DNA of 64,000 nucleotides from the NCBI GenBank assembly GCA_963749655.1, contig CAVVOB010000013.1, positions 224,001-288,000 of the forward strand, in the 5' to 3' direction. This stretch comes from Nitrospirota bacterium (GTDB lineage Bacteria; Nitrospirota; UBA9217). Within the stretch, counting starts at the first letter, position 1, and the number at the start of each line of letters is the position of its first letter. The position numbers and the translations under genes were made by a program. Below are positions 1-8,947 of the stretch, piece after piece. The notes under the pieces were generated by a model. The model saw only the letters and a program-made list of their open reading frames with translations. It ran no database searches and was not told the origin of the DNA.

Positions 1-25
1 ATTCTCTGGCGAAAGCGTATTTAAG

Positions 26-144
26 TGATGATCTCGTAAAAAATCTTTTTAGCACAGAAGTCACAAAAAGCACATAAAACGTTGATCCTATTTTGTGCGC
101 TCTGTGCATTTTGCGGCAAATCCCTGGTTCTTACGAAGCCGGCA
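26..144. repeat. Palindromic intergenic element (TGATGATCTCGTAAAAA left end, periodic CACA/TGTG core)
   Basis: Shares its left end and internal layout with 60755-60888. Confidence 0.6.
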
Positions 145-166
145 AGCATGCCGCCTTCTGCTTCTT

Positions 167-1891
167 CTATTCTATGAACGTGACCCGGTTGATCTCCTTG
201 ATTGTCGTGTCCCCGGCAAAGACCTTGGCGAGCGCAGACTGGCGGAGCGTGGTCATGCCTTCGGCTATGGCGGCTTTGCGGAGCTCCGAGGAGGGTCGCT
301 TCTCCAGAATCATTTCCCGGATATGGTCGGAGAGGTCGAGGAATTCGGTGATGGCCTTCCTGCCCCGGTAGCCGGTGAAATTACACTCTTTACACCCGCC
401 GGCATCGTAGAACCGGTGGTCCTTGTACTGTTGACTGTCGATGGCCGATTCTTCGAGCTCCTTCGGCGTCAGGGTAACCGGTTTTTTGCACCGGGTGCAC
501 AGGATGCGGACGAGCCGCTGGGCCAGAATGCAGTTGAGCGACGATACGAAATTGTAGGGCTCGATGCCCATGTTGAGGAACCGTCCGAGCACATCGAAGG
601 CGTTGTTGGCATGGACAGTGGTGAAGACCAGGTGGCCGGTGAGCGCAGACTGGACCGCGATCTGCGCGGTCTCGGCGTCGCGGATCTCGCCGACGAGGAT
701 TTTGTCGGGGTCGTGCCTGAGGATGGACCGAAGACCGCGCGCAAAGGTGAGGCCTTTTTTCTCGTTCACCGGGATCTGGACCACGCCGCGCAGCTGGTAT
801 TCCACAGGGTCTTCGATCGTGATGATCTTGTCCTCGCCGGTGTTGATCTCGGTCAGGGCGGCGTAGAGCGTGGTGGTTTTGCCGCTTCCCGTCGGCCCGG
901 TCACGAGGACCATGCCGTAGGGCTCCCGAATGCTTTTGCGGAAACGGCGGAGATTGCCCTCATCGTGGCCCAGGCTTTCGAGCTTGAGCGTGTTGACGCC
1001 GGCGGTGATGGATTCCTTGTCCAGGATGCGGATGACCACGTCCTCGCCGAAGGCGGCGGGAAGGATCGAGACGCGGAAATCGATGGTCTTGCCGCCGGTC
1101 CGGAGCTTGAAGCGGCCGTCCTGGGGCACGCGGCGTTCGGCGATGTCCAGGTCGCTCATGACCTTGATGCGCGACACGATGGCGCTGTGGAACTTGAAGT
1201 CGATCGGATCGGTGGCGGGGTAGAGCACGCCGTCGATGCGGTACTTGATCACAACGTTCTTTTCCGTCGATTCGATGTGGATGTCGCTGGCCCTGCGCTG
1301 GATGGCGTCGAAGATCGTGGTGTGCATGAGCTTGATGATGGGGCTCTCGTCCTTGTCGATGCTTTCGAGGGACAGGATCTCCTCGCCTTCGCCGTTTTCC
1401 TGCTCCTTGACGATGTGCAGCTTGAAATCTTCGGAAACGGCATGCATCACCTGCTCCGACGAACCGCTCCGCTTCAGGACCGCCTCGATCGCCGTGGGGG
1501 TGCTGACCGAGATCTCGACGGCCCGGTCCAGGATCATTTCGAGCTCGTCGATGGCCGGCAGATTGTTGGGGTCGGTCATGGCCACGACGAGCACCTCGCT
1601 GGACTCCTCCACGGGCACGAACTGGTAGCGCTGCATGAGGTCCACGGGGATCGTTTCGAAGAACCGGGCTCCGATGCGGAAGTCCATGAGGTCGACGTAC
1701 CGCAGACCGCGCTGCTCGGCCAGGGCCTGGGCAAGCATTTCTTCGGAGATCAGCCCCTCGGCCATGAGGAGCTCGCCGATCCGCCGCTGGCGGCCGTCGG
1801 TCTTTGTCAGCACGTCGTTGATCTGCTCCGGGGTCACGGCCCCCTTGGCCGCGAGGATCTCGCCCAGTCGTCTTCGTCGGTAAGATGTCAT
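167..1891 (-). CDS. PilB/GspE-family assembly ATPase
   Basis: N-terminal RLGEIL/RIGELL MshEN-like motifs, Walker A GPTGSGKTT, TIEDPVE, LVGEIRD, tetra-Cys motif; start overlaps the upstream stop (ATGA). Confidence 0.93.
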   Translation of the reverse strand: MTSYRRRRLGEILAAKGAVTPEQINDVLTKTDGRQRRIGELLMAEGLISEEMLAQALAEQRGLRYVDLMDFRIGARFFETIPVDLMQRYQFVPVEESSEVLVVAMTDPNNLPAIDELEMILDRAVEISVSTPTAIEAVLKRSGSSEQVMHAVSEDFKLHIVKEQENGEGEEILSLESIDKDESPIIKLMHTTIFDAIQRRASDIHIESTEKNVVIKYRIDGVLYPATDPIDFKFHSAIVSRIKVMSDLDIAERRVPQDGRFKLRTGGKTIDFRVSILPAAFGEDVVIRILDKESITAGVNTLKLESLGHDEGNLRRFRKSIREPYGMVLVTGPTGSGKTTTLYAALTEINTGEDKIITIEDPVEYQLRGVVQIPVNEKKGLTFARGLRSILRHDPDKILVGEIRDAETAQIAVQSALTGHLVFTTVHANNAFDVLGRFLNMGIEPYNFVSSLNCILAQRLVRILCTRCKKPVTLTPKELEESAIDSQQYKDHRFYDAGGCKECNFTGYRGRKAITEFLDLSDHIREMILEKRPSSELRKAAIAEGMTTLRQSALAKVFAGDTTIKEINRVTFIE

Positions 1892-3078
1892 TTCAACCTC
1901 GATCCCATTTCGAATATCGGCAGGTAGAGCGCCACGACGATCACCGCCATCACGAGCCCCATGCACAGCATGAGCACGGGCTCGATCATGGTCGTGAGCG
2001 TCGCAAGTCTGTTCTCGACTTCCTGGTCGTAGAAGTCGGCCACATCCTCGAGCATTTGCGGCAGGTCACCGGAGGACTCGCCTACCTCGATCATCCGGAC
2101 CGTCATATCCGGCGCGATCCGGGTGCGGTCGAAGGCATCGGCCAGGCTCACTCCCTCGATCACGAACTCCCGCGTCTTGGTCAGTTTCCTGGCCATGGAA
2201 CGGTTGCTGATCACCCCCGCCGTCGTTTCGAGCGCCTGGACCAGCGGGATGCCGCCGCGGATCACCGTTGCCAGCGTCCGCGTGATCTGCGCGAGCAGGT
2301 ACTGGGTAATGATCGAACGGAGAAGGGGGATCCTGAGCACGACCGCATCGATGGTATTGCGGCCTGAATCGGATTTTCTCCAGAAATGGATCCCCACGCC
2401 GGCTGCGACGATTGCGGCCGCGATCAGCGGCGCGAAGCGGGTAACTATGGCGGTAAAGGACACCAGCAGGCTCGTCAGGAGGGGAAGGGAACCCGCCTGG
2501 TCGCTGTACATCCGGGTGAAGTTGGGAATGACGTAAAAGAAGAAAAGCCCCAGGACCGCCACGAGGGCGACGACGAGGAAGGTCGGATAGGCCAGCGACA
2601 TCTTCAGCTTGCTCATGATGGCAATCATCTTTTTCTGATAGGTGATATACCGCTTGATGACGTCGACGAGCGCGCCGCTCTTTTCTCCCGCGCGAACCGT
2701 GGAGGTGTAGAGCGGCGGGAAGATCGCGGGGTGCTTCGCCATGGCGTCGGACAGCGCCGTGCCTCCGCGGATGTCGTGGATGATCTCCTCGAGGGTGCTG
2801 CGGAACCGGGGATTCTCCATTCGTTTCTGGAGGATTTCCAGTGACTGGAGGATGGGCAGGCCCGCCTTGACGAGGGTGACGAACTCCTGATTGAAGAGGA
2901 GGAACTCCTTGGCGCCGGCGCCGCGGCTGCCGAAGCCCTGGCTCTTCTTGCTGAGGCTCAGGACCAGGTAGCCCCTTCCCTCGAGCTCGCGGCGAAGCTC
3001 GCCGTCGTCAGCGGCCGTGGCCTCCGCCGTGACCGACGTTCCGTCCTCACGCACCGCTTTGTAAACGAATAGAGGCAT
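1888..3078 (-). CDS. PilC/GspF-family inner-membrane platform protein
   Basis: AGEKSG and VGESSGDL repeats, IEP and LYLPIF C-terminus typical of T2SSF. Confidence 0.92.
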   Translation of the reverse strand: MPLFVYKAVREDGTSVTAEATAADDGELRRELEGRGYLVLSLSKKSQGFGSRGAGAKEFLLFNQEFVTLVKAGLPILQSLEILQKRMENPRFRSTLEEIIHDIRGGTALSDAMAKHPAIFPPLYTSTVRAGEKSGALVDVIKRYITYQKKMIAIMSKLKMSLAYPTFLVVALVAVLGLFFFYVIPNFTRMYSDQAGSLPLLTSLLVSFTAIVTRFAPLIAAAIVAAGVGIHFWRKSDSGRNTIDAVVLRIPLLRSIITQYLLAQITRTLATVIRGGIPLVQALETTAGVISNRSMARKLTKTREFVIEGVSLADAFDRTRIAPDMTVRMIEVGESSGDLPQMLEDVADFYDQEVENRLATLTTMIEPVLMLCMGLVMAVIVVALYLPIFEMGSRLK

Positions 3079-3084
3079 GGCCTG

Positions 3085-3114
3085 ATAATACCAGAACGGG
3101 GACGGATAAGTCAA
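3085..3114 (-). promoter_or_regulatory. sigma70 promoter, probably producing a leaderless mRNA
   Basis: TTGACT-18-TATTAT with extended -10 TG, 6 nt before the ATG. Confidence 0.55.
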
Positions 3115-3225
3115 CAAATGCCCCGGCGTCCGGAGCGGCGATCAACCGCGGACTGCGACCTTTGCGATGACCTTGAATCCCCGGCAGGTTTGTGCGATAC
3201 TGAAATAACGCAGCAGAAGTTCATG

Positions 3226-3440
3226 TAACCACGGATGAACGCGGATTAAACCCAATACGAGAAGTTTGTAACCACGGATGAACACTGATAAACACGGATT
3301 TAACCCGAGGGCCTTTATATCTGGTAAAGTTTTTTATCTGTGTCCATCTGTGTTAATCTGTGGTTTCAGAAGGTTTTAATTTTCTGACCGTGCGCGGCGA
3401 AGCCGCCCGTGGTTACGCAATCCCTGTGTATCTGTGGTTA
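3226..3440. repeat. Nested 10-mer-periodic inverted repeats (AACCACGGAT.../ATCTGTGGTT)
   Basis: Outer arms 3226-3247 and 3419-3440; inner arms 3269-3300 and 3336-3365. Confidence 0.75.
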
Positions 3441-3462
3441 AAGGGTTTTCCCGGAGCGATCT

Positions 3463-4173
3463 ATGCACGACAATCCGATCATACTTCTGTTCATGAAGGC
3501 CCCGGTCCTGGGAAGGGTCAAATCGCGGCTGGCGGAAGCGGTGGGCGAAGAGGCCGCCCTCGACCTGTACAAGCGCTTCGTGCTGGACACCCTGGACATG
3601 GTGACTTCGGTTGATGTTCCTCTGCGGATCTGCTTCGATCCTTCGGCAGGAGAGAACGCGGTTTCATCCTGGCTCGGCCCCGGTTATGAATTGCGGCCCC
3701 AGCAGGGGGGTGATCTCGGGCAGCGCATGGAGCGGGCCTTTGCAGAAGCCTTTGCCGAGGGCTTCGGCCGCGCAGTGCTGCTCGGGACCGACATCCCCGA
3801 TCTTCCGCGAACAGTGGCGGCCGAAGCAATCAGCGCTCTCCAGGATCGTGATGCGGTCATCGGCCCTTCGACCGACGGCGGCTATTACCTCGTCGGGTTT
3901 ACGGCAACGGGGTTTTTCCCTCCAGCGTTCCTCGGCATCCCCTGGAGCACCGACCGGGTGCTTCGCGACACGCTCCGGATCCTCGGAGAGGCGTCGGTCC
4001 GCGTCCATCTTACGCCGACCTGGACCGATGTGGACGATCTGGGGGGTCTGCGGGCGCTTCTTGCGCGGGCGGAAGGATCGGGAAGCCGTGGATCGAGGAC
4101 AATTGAGTATCTCGTTCACAACAGGGAACGGCTGTTCCCCGGGGAGCCATTATGGACAAGAAACCGCTCCTGA
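3463..4173 (+). CDS. DUF2064 / TIGR04282-like nucleotidyl- or glycosyltransferase
   Basis: KAPxxGRVKSRL, QxGGDLGxRM, GTDIP, GPSTDGGYYLVG, DVD motifs. Confidence 0.85.
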   Translation: MHDNPIILLFMKAPVLGRVKSRLAEAVGEEAALDLYKRFVLDTLDMVTSVDVPLRICFDPSAGENAVSSWLGPGYELRPQQGGDLGQRMERAFAEAFAEGFGRAVLLGTDIPDLPRTVAAEAISALQDRDAVIGPSTDGGYYLVGFTATGFFPPAFLGIPWSTDRVLRDTLRILGEASVRVHLTPTWTDVDDLGGLRALLARAEGSGSRGSRTIEYLVHNRERLFPGEPLWTRNRS

Positions 4174-4919
4174 TCATCGTCGCGGTTATAATCATATATA
4201 TACTCGAAGGCTTCTACCCCCATTACCGCGGCCGCCGAAACCGGCTGAAGCATGCCTTCCCGCACGCGCTTACGGCGGTCCTGAACGGCGTCCTGACGAA
4301 GCTCGCTTTGGCAGGCGTCACGGCATCGACGATCGCCTGGGCGGAGCAGAACTCGGTGGGACTTACGCGGATGATCAGTCTTCCAGGCCCGGCCGGAGCG
4401 GCCCTCGTGTTCCTTCTCTTCGACGTCTGGATGTACGCCTGGCACAGGGCTAATCACCGGATAGGGTTTCTCTGGCTGTTCCATCGGGCGCACCATGCGG
4501 ACGTGAACATGGACACCACGACAGCCCTGCGCTTTCATCCCGGCGAACTGGTCCTCTCGACGTTCTTCCGTCTGCCGGTCGTGATCGCGCTCGGTATGAG
4601 CTTCGGCCAGCTGGTGCTGTTCGAAACAATGCTCAACCTGGCCACCTTGTTCCATCACAGCAACCTGGCGCTGCCCGAAAGAGGGGACCGGGTGCTCCGG
4701 ACCGTGGTCGTTACGCCGAACATGCACCGGGTGCACCATTCGATCGAAGGGCCGGAGTTGAACTCGAACTTTACGAGTCTGTTGTCGTGCTGGGACCGGC
4801 TTTTCAGGACGTTCAGGATGAGGGAGGACACGCGGGCCATAACGCTGGGGCTCACGGCGTTTCGGGAGCAGTACTGGCAGGGCCTTCCGGGGTTTCTGGC
4901 TACGCCGTTCCGTCGTTGA
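4152..4919 (+). CDS. Sterol desaturase / fatty acid hydroxylase family protein
   Basis: His boxes HRANH, HRAHH, FHHSN, HRVHH; RFHPGE. Confidence 0.9.
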   Translation: MDKKPLLIIVAVIIIYILEGFYPHYRGRRNRLKHAFPHALTAVLNGVLTKLALAGVTASTIAWAEQNSVGLTRMISLPGPAGAALVFLLFDVWMYAWHRANHRIGFLWLFHRAHHADVNMDTTTALRFHPGELVLSTFFRLPVVIALGMSFGQLVLFETMLNLATLFHHSNLALPERGDRVLRTVVVTPNMHRVHHSIEGPELNSNFTSLLSCWDRLFRTFRMREDTRAITLGLTAFREQYWQGLPGFLATPFRR

Positions 4920-5025
4920 TCCAACCGCAGCCACTCATCCACGCTTTTCCGCGATGACTCGAAGGCCGCGTCAACATACTCATTATGCGGAGCATCGTTG
5001 ACTCTCCGCAGGGATCGAGAGAACC

Positions 5026-5712
5026 ATGCGCAATAAACGCATCGTGCTGCTGATACTTTTCATCCTGCTGATCGCGCTCATTCGCTTCTCACCGCTCGGC
5101 AGGGTACTGACCTTCGAGAACCTGCGTGTTCACCGGGACGATTTTGCCGCAGGCGTGCAGGAGCACTATCTCCTGTCGGTGATGATGTTCATCGCCGTCT
5201 ACGTGCTGGCAACAGCGCTCTCGATCCCGGGCGCGGTCATCCTGACCCTCGGCGGGGGCCTGTTGTTCGGCACTTTTGCCGCTACGGTCTATGTGAATAT
5301 AGGCGCTACAGCCGGGGCCGTGCTTGCCTTCCTGTCGGCGCGCTATCTGCTGGGGAACAGGCTCCAGGAAAAATACCGCGATCAACTTAGCAGGTTCAAT
5401 GGCGAGATCGACAAGAACGGGACCAGCTATCTCCTGACCCTGCGGTTCATACCGCTGTTCTCCTTTTTCCTCATCAATTTCCTGTCAGGCCTCACGAAGG
5501 TCCCGCTCCGCACCTTTCTCTGGACCACGGCGGTGGGGATCATCCCCGGGACCGCGGTCTTCGCCTTTGCCGGGAGCCAGATCGGCTCCATCAATTCTCC
5601 CTCGGAGATCCTGTCTCTGAAAGTGCTCGCGGCCTTCGCAGCGCTGGCGCTGTTCGCGCTGGTGCCGGTGTTCTGGAAGTGGTTGAGGAACGAAGGGATG
5701 ACAAAGGAGTAG
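5026..5712 (+). CDS. TVP38/TMEM64 (DedA/VTT) membrane protein
   Basis: LSIPGA, GGLLFG, LRFIP, GIIPGT motifs. Confidence 0.9.
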   Translation: MRNKRIVLLILFILLIALIRFSPLGRVLTFENLRVHRDDFAAGVQEHYLLSVMMFIAVYVLATALSIPGAVILTLGGGLLFGTFAATVYVNIGATAGAVLAFLSARYLLGNRLQEKYRDQLSRFNGEIDKNGTSYLLTLRFIPLFSFFLINFLSGLTKVPLRTFLWTTAVGIIPGTAVFAFAGSQIGSINSPSEILSLKVLAAFAALALFALVPVFWKWLRNEGMTKE

Positions 5713-5800
5713 GGCACCAGGAACAGCGGGCGCCTGTTCTTCATGGTAAAATGTTCCTGGTGCTCCGGCAAATCAGTTTCTCAAAAGGGCAGGAGTATTT

Positions 5801-5896
5801 TTCGCGCAAAGCCGCAAAGACGCGAAGAAAGGCCAAATCTTTCGATCCAATTTTTACTTCAAGGTTTTCTTTGCGCCATTGCGGCTTTGCGCGAGA
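5801..5896. repeat. 9-mer-periodic inverted repeat (CGCAAAG / CTTTGCG)
   Basis: Arms TTCGCGCAAAGCCGCAAAG and TTGCGGCTTTGCGCGAGA; sibling at 49373-49469. Confidence 0.75.
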
Positions 5897-5957
5897 TGCC
5901 TTTAGCTTTGATTTATCCGGGTTAATACTCTTTTACCCTGTGGAAGCGGGAGGATTC

Positions 5958-6593
5958 ATGGACTCAAAAAAGAAGGTTGCGACGATACTGAAAAAACTCG
6001 GGAAGGAATACGGCGGAAAGCCCCTTACGGCGCTCAACTTCAACACGCCCTTCGAGTTGCTCGTGGCGACGGTCCTTTCCGCACAGACCACGGACGTGCA
6101 GGTCAACAAGGTCACGGAGAAGCTCTTCAGGAAATACCGCTCAGTCGGGGATTTTGCAAAGGCAAAGCCGGAAGAGCTCGAGCAAGACGTGGCTTCGGTC
6201 AACTTCTACCGGAACAAGGCGAAGAACATCAACAGGACGGCGAAGCTTGTGATCGAGCAGTTCGGCGGTACGGTGCCGCGGACCATGGAGGATCTCATCA
6301 CGCTTCCTGGCGTGGCAAGGAAAACGGCGAACATCGTGCTGTCGGCAGCCTTCGGGATCAACGAGGGGATCGCCGTGGATACCCATGTCAAGCGGCTGGC
6401 ATTCCGGCTCGGCCTGACGAAGCATGACGATCCAGTGAAGGTCGAGAAGGACCTGACGGCCGTCACTCCCCAAAAGGACTGGAGCAATCTGTCGCGGCTC
6501 CTTATCTATCACGGTCGGGCCGTCTGCCACGCCCGGAATCCCGACCATCAATCCTGCGTTTTGTTCGATATTTGCCCGTCCCGGGATATCTGA
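5958..6593 (+). CDS. nth: Endonuclease III
   Basis: LVATVLSAQ, HhH LPGVARKTA, VDTHV, C-terminal Cys/His cluster region. Confidence 0.93.
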   Translation: MDSKKKVATILKKLGKEYGGKPLTALNFNTPFELLVATVLSAQTTDVQVNKVTEKLFRKYRSVGDFAKAKPEELEQDVASVNFYRNKAKNINRTAKLVIEQFGGTVPRTMEDLITLPGVARKTANIVLSAAFGINEGIAVDTHVKRLAFRLGLTKHDDPVKVEKDLTAVTPQKDWSNLSRLLIYHGRAVCHARNPDHQSCVLFDICPSRDI

Positions 6594-6733
6594 ATGGGTC
6601 GAGGCAGCAACGGATAATGCAGTTGTTTCGGCCCCCGGTCTGTGGTACAATGCCGGCGTTTTTGGATGTTCCCCTCTTGTATTCTCTTCGCCGCGATCAC
6701 TCGATTTTGCCTCTAGTAGAGAGGAGCCGAACT

Positions 6734-7664
6734 ATGGTAAAGGGGTTCCTTCAGTCGTTGACCGTATTCACCACAGCCTGCGCCGCGCTGGTCCTGATGG
6801 GAGCGGACGGCCGCGTGATAAGCTCCGGAACCGGCTCCCACTCCGCCGGTGCCGCCAGCAGCGCCGCTCCAGGCTCTGAAACCGTCCGCAGTAAACCCTC
6901 AGGCAGCGTTTCCACCGGCTCGACAACAAGCGTACCAGGCGCACCCGCGAAAAACATCTCCAGCAGTGTTACGTGCAGTGCTGTCAGCAAACCTACCTGC
7001 AGTATTGTTTCCGGGGGGACCACCACCCACCCGGCCAAAGCCCCCCATGCTCCGGTTACGGCCCCGACAGCCACGGCCGAGACCCTCTCACCTGCTGCAG
7101 AGGAGATCGCCCATGAGATAGGATTCGACCGCCGTGTGCTTCTCATGGTCAAGGCGGAGACGCAGGAGCGCATTCAGCGCCTGATCGGCTATGATGCAGA
7201 TGGCTATCAGATCATGGCCCAGGGCATTGCGGCATCGATTCCAGAGGACAAGACAGACCACGTGCTCTCCCGCCTCCGCAGGCAGCTGGCCCCCATGCAC
7301 TATATCCCCTTCGTAGTCGAGATGAACGAAGGGATCAAGACGGACAAGATCGGAGTCCTCAAGGGGACGGACCAGCTCGAGATCCTGCGCATCATGAATA
7401 CGAACGGGAATGATTACGATATTTCCAATGAAGATGTCATCGAGCAGCTGCAGGAGTGGGAAAAGGTCTTTTCTTTCGAGATCGTGGGCGCGGACAAACG
7501 ACTGGGTGGAGATCGAGTTCAAGACCCTGCCGAAAGATATGAAGGCCTTTGCCGAGGACGTCTACGCGTTCAGTCCCGATGCCGTCGACCAGGGACCCGG
7601 CACAGTAGACGGTCTTATACGGGAGATCAGGAAAACGAACCGGTTGTTTCTCTGGTGGGAGTAA
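6734..7664 (+). CDS. DUF4253-domain protein with low-complexity N-terminus (one frameshift near 7497)
   Basis: C-terminal AEDVYAFSPDAVDQG...LFLWWE is in a second frame; extra A in GACAAAC. Confidence 0.7.
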
Positions 7665-7671
7665 AGGGGCA

Positions 7672-7700
7672 AAAAAAAGCAGGCGGAAAATTCCGCCTGC
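7672..7700. terminator. Intrinsic terminator between convergent genes
   Basis: A7 followed by GCAGGCGGAA-AA-TTCCGCCTGC hairpin. Confidence 0.7.
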
Positions 7701-7772
7701 CGAAAATCAAGTGCTGCAATCACAATAACAGTTGTTCCCGCCTGGAATAATGAAAGGGCGGTATGGTGAAGC

Positions 7773-7988
7773 TTACTTCGTGCCGGTGCCAGCCGTTGCC
7801 GGAGCTGCCTTGGTCTCGGCGGCTGCCTTCTTCGCTGCCTTCTTTTTCTTCTTAGCAACCTTCTTCTTTGCCGGGGCTGCCTCCGTCTTGGGGGCGGCGC
7901 CTGCCGGGGCTGCCTGCTCCTCTGCGAATGCAACGCCGAGGGTCAGAGCAAATGCCATTGCCGTGAAAAGAGCAATAATCTTCTTCAT
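7773..7988 (-). CDS. Small secreted Ala/Lys-rich protein (acid-shock-protein-like)
   Basis: Sec signal ending AFA, strong GGAGGTG SD, basic low-complexity body. Confidence 0.8.
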   Translation of the reverse strand: MKKIIALFTAMAFALTLGVAFAEEQAAPAGAAPKTEAAPAKKKVAKKKKKAAKKAAAETKAAPATAGTGTK

Positions 7989-8173
7989 TTAGTTTCACCT
8001 CCCTTCGTCAGTGATTTTTGGGTCATTCAGAGCTTGTAATAATGCATGTCAAATTATCAGATTCGCCCACTCTTGTCAAGTCCAAAGAGATCATGGGGAG
8101 GTGCGGAGGTGCGGCGGACCGGTCCGGACACCCGTTTCCCGGTACAAAACCGGTTGAAAGAGCTATAATTTTC

Positions 8174-8202
8174 TTGACATTCAAAGATGTGTCCTATATT
8201 AT
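8174..8202 (+). promoter_or_regulatory. sigma70 promoter of tRNA-fMet
   Basis: TTGACA-17-TATTAT. Confidence 0.8.
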
Positions 8203-8213
8203 GCATCTCTCAT

Positions 8214-8290
<77 letters not shown>

Positions 8291-8299
8291 AACTCATTC

Positions 8300-8332
8300 A
8301 GGGGTTGCAGCTAAAGCTGTAGCCCCTTTTTT
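8300..8332 (+). terminator. Intrinsic terminator
   Basis: AGGGGTTGCAGC-TAAA-GCTGTAGCCCCT followed by a T tract. Confidence 0.85.
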
Positions 8333-8525
8333 ATGTGCATATCATCCAGCGACACTCTGTCCTTTTCGAGAGCCCACCAGTCAGCAAAAACCAACTCTCT
8401 TATTAGTAGCTCTCTTCGTAGGCCTTTGGGATTACCCTTCTTCTACGCTAGCCCCCGTCTTCGCCCGCCCTCGTTCGAGTGTTATAATCAAAGTAGGAAC
8501 CGAAGTCCGAGAGGAGGCGAGTTTT

Positions 8526-8732
8526 ATGGCAGGGCTCGTAAATCGTCTCGTAAAGGATGAACGGGAAACATTGACCGAGGCTTACGAGGTCAGGGCTTTC
8601 AGGGATGACGATGAAATTGTAGTGAGCTTCCCGGAACAGGCACCCGACATCCCCCATGCAGAGACGGGCGCGCTTCAGGCGATCAAGTCCACGATCAAAG
8701 GGCACGGCGAGCAGATCGTACTTCCTGGATGA
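8526..8732 (+). CDS. Small hypothetical protein
   Basis: 68 aa, GAGGAGG SD, TATAAT upstream. Confidence 0.5.
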   Translation: MAGLVNRLVKDERETLTEAYEVRAFRDDDEIVVSFPEQAPDIPHAETGALQAIKSTIKGHGEQIVLPG

Positions 8733-8947
8733 TTGCCAGTTCGGCGACAATGATCTCTGCTACGTAGAGGCTTAGCCCGCTGTACGTAGTCCCCGATCGC
8801 ACCTTAGTACACGAAAGGGGGAAGGTGCGCCTGCAGAAGAAATTACCTCAACTCGCAATACATCCCTCAAGATAAGACACATCGATTCCTTCAGTCCTCA
8901 ATAGAAAATTCGGAATGCGGAATCAGACGCCGGAAGGCGGGGAATAC

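Noticed and set aside
95-1927. Long antisense ORFs (610 aa here; also 14255-15931, 40665-42515, 30783-31982, 33311-34480)
   Set aside because: Shadows of well-supported opposite-strand genes in GC-rich DNA; no family motifs
8291-8900. Integrated element at tRNA-fMet
   Set aside because: No integrase and no duplicated tRNA 3' end seen
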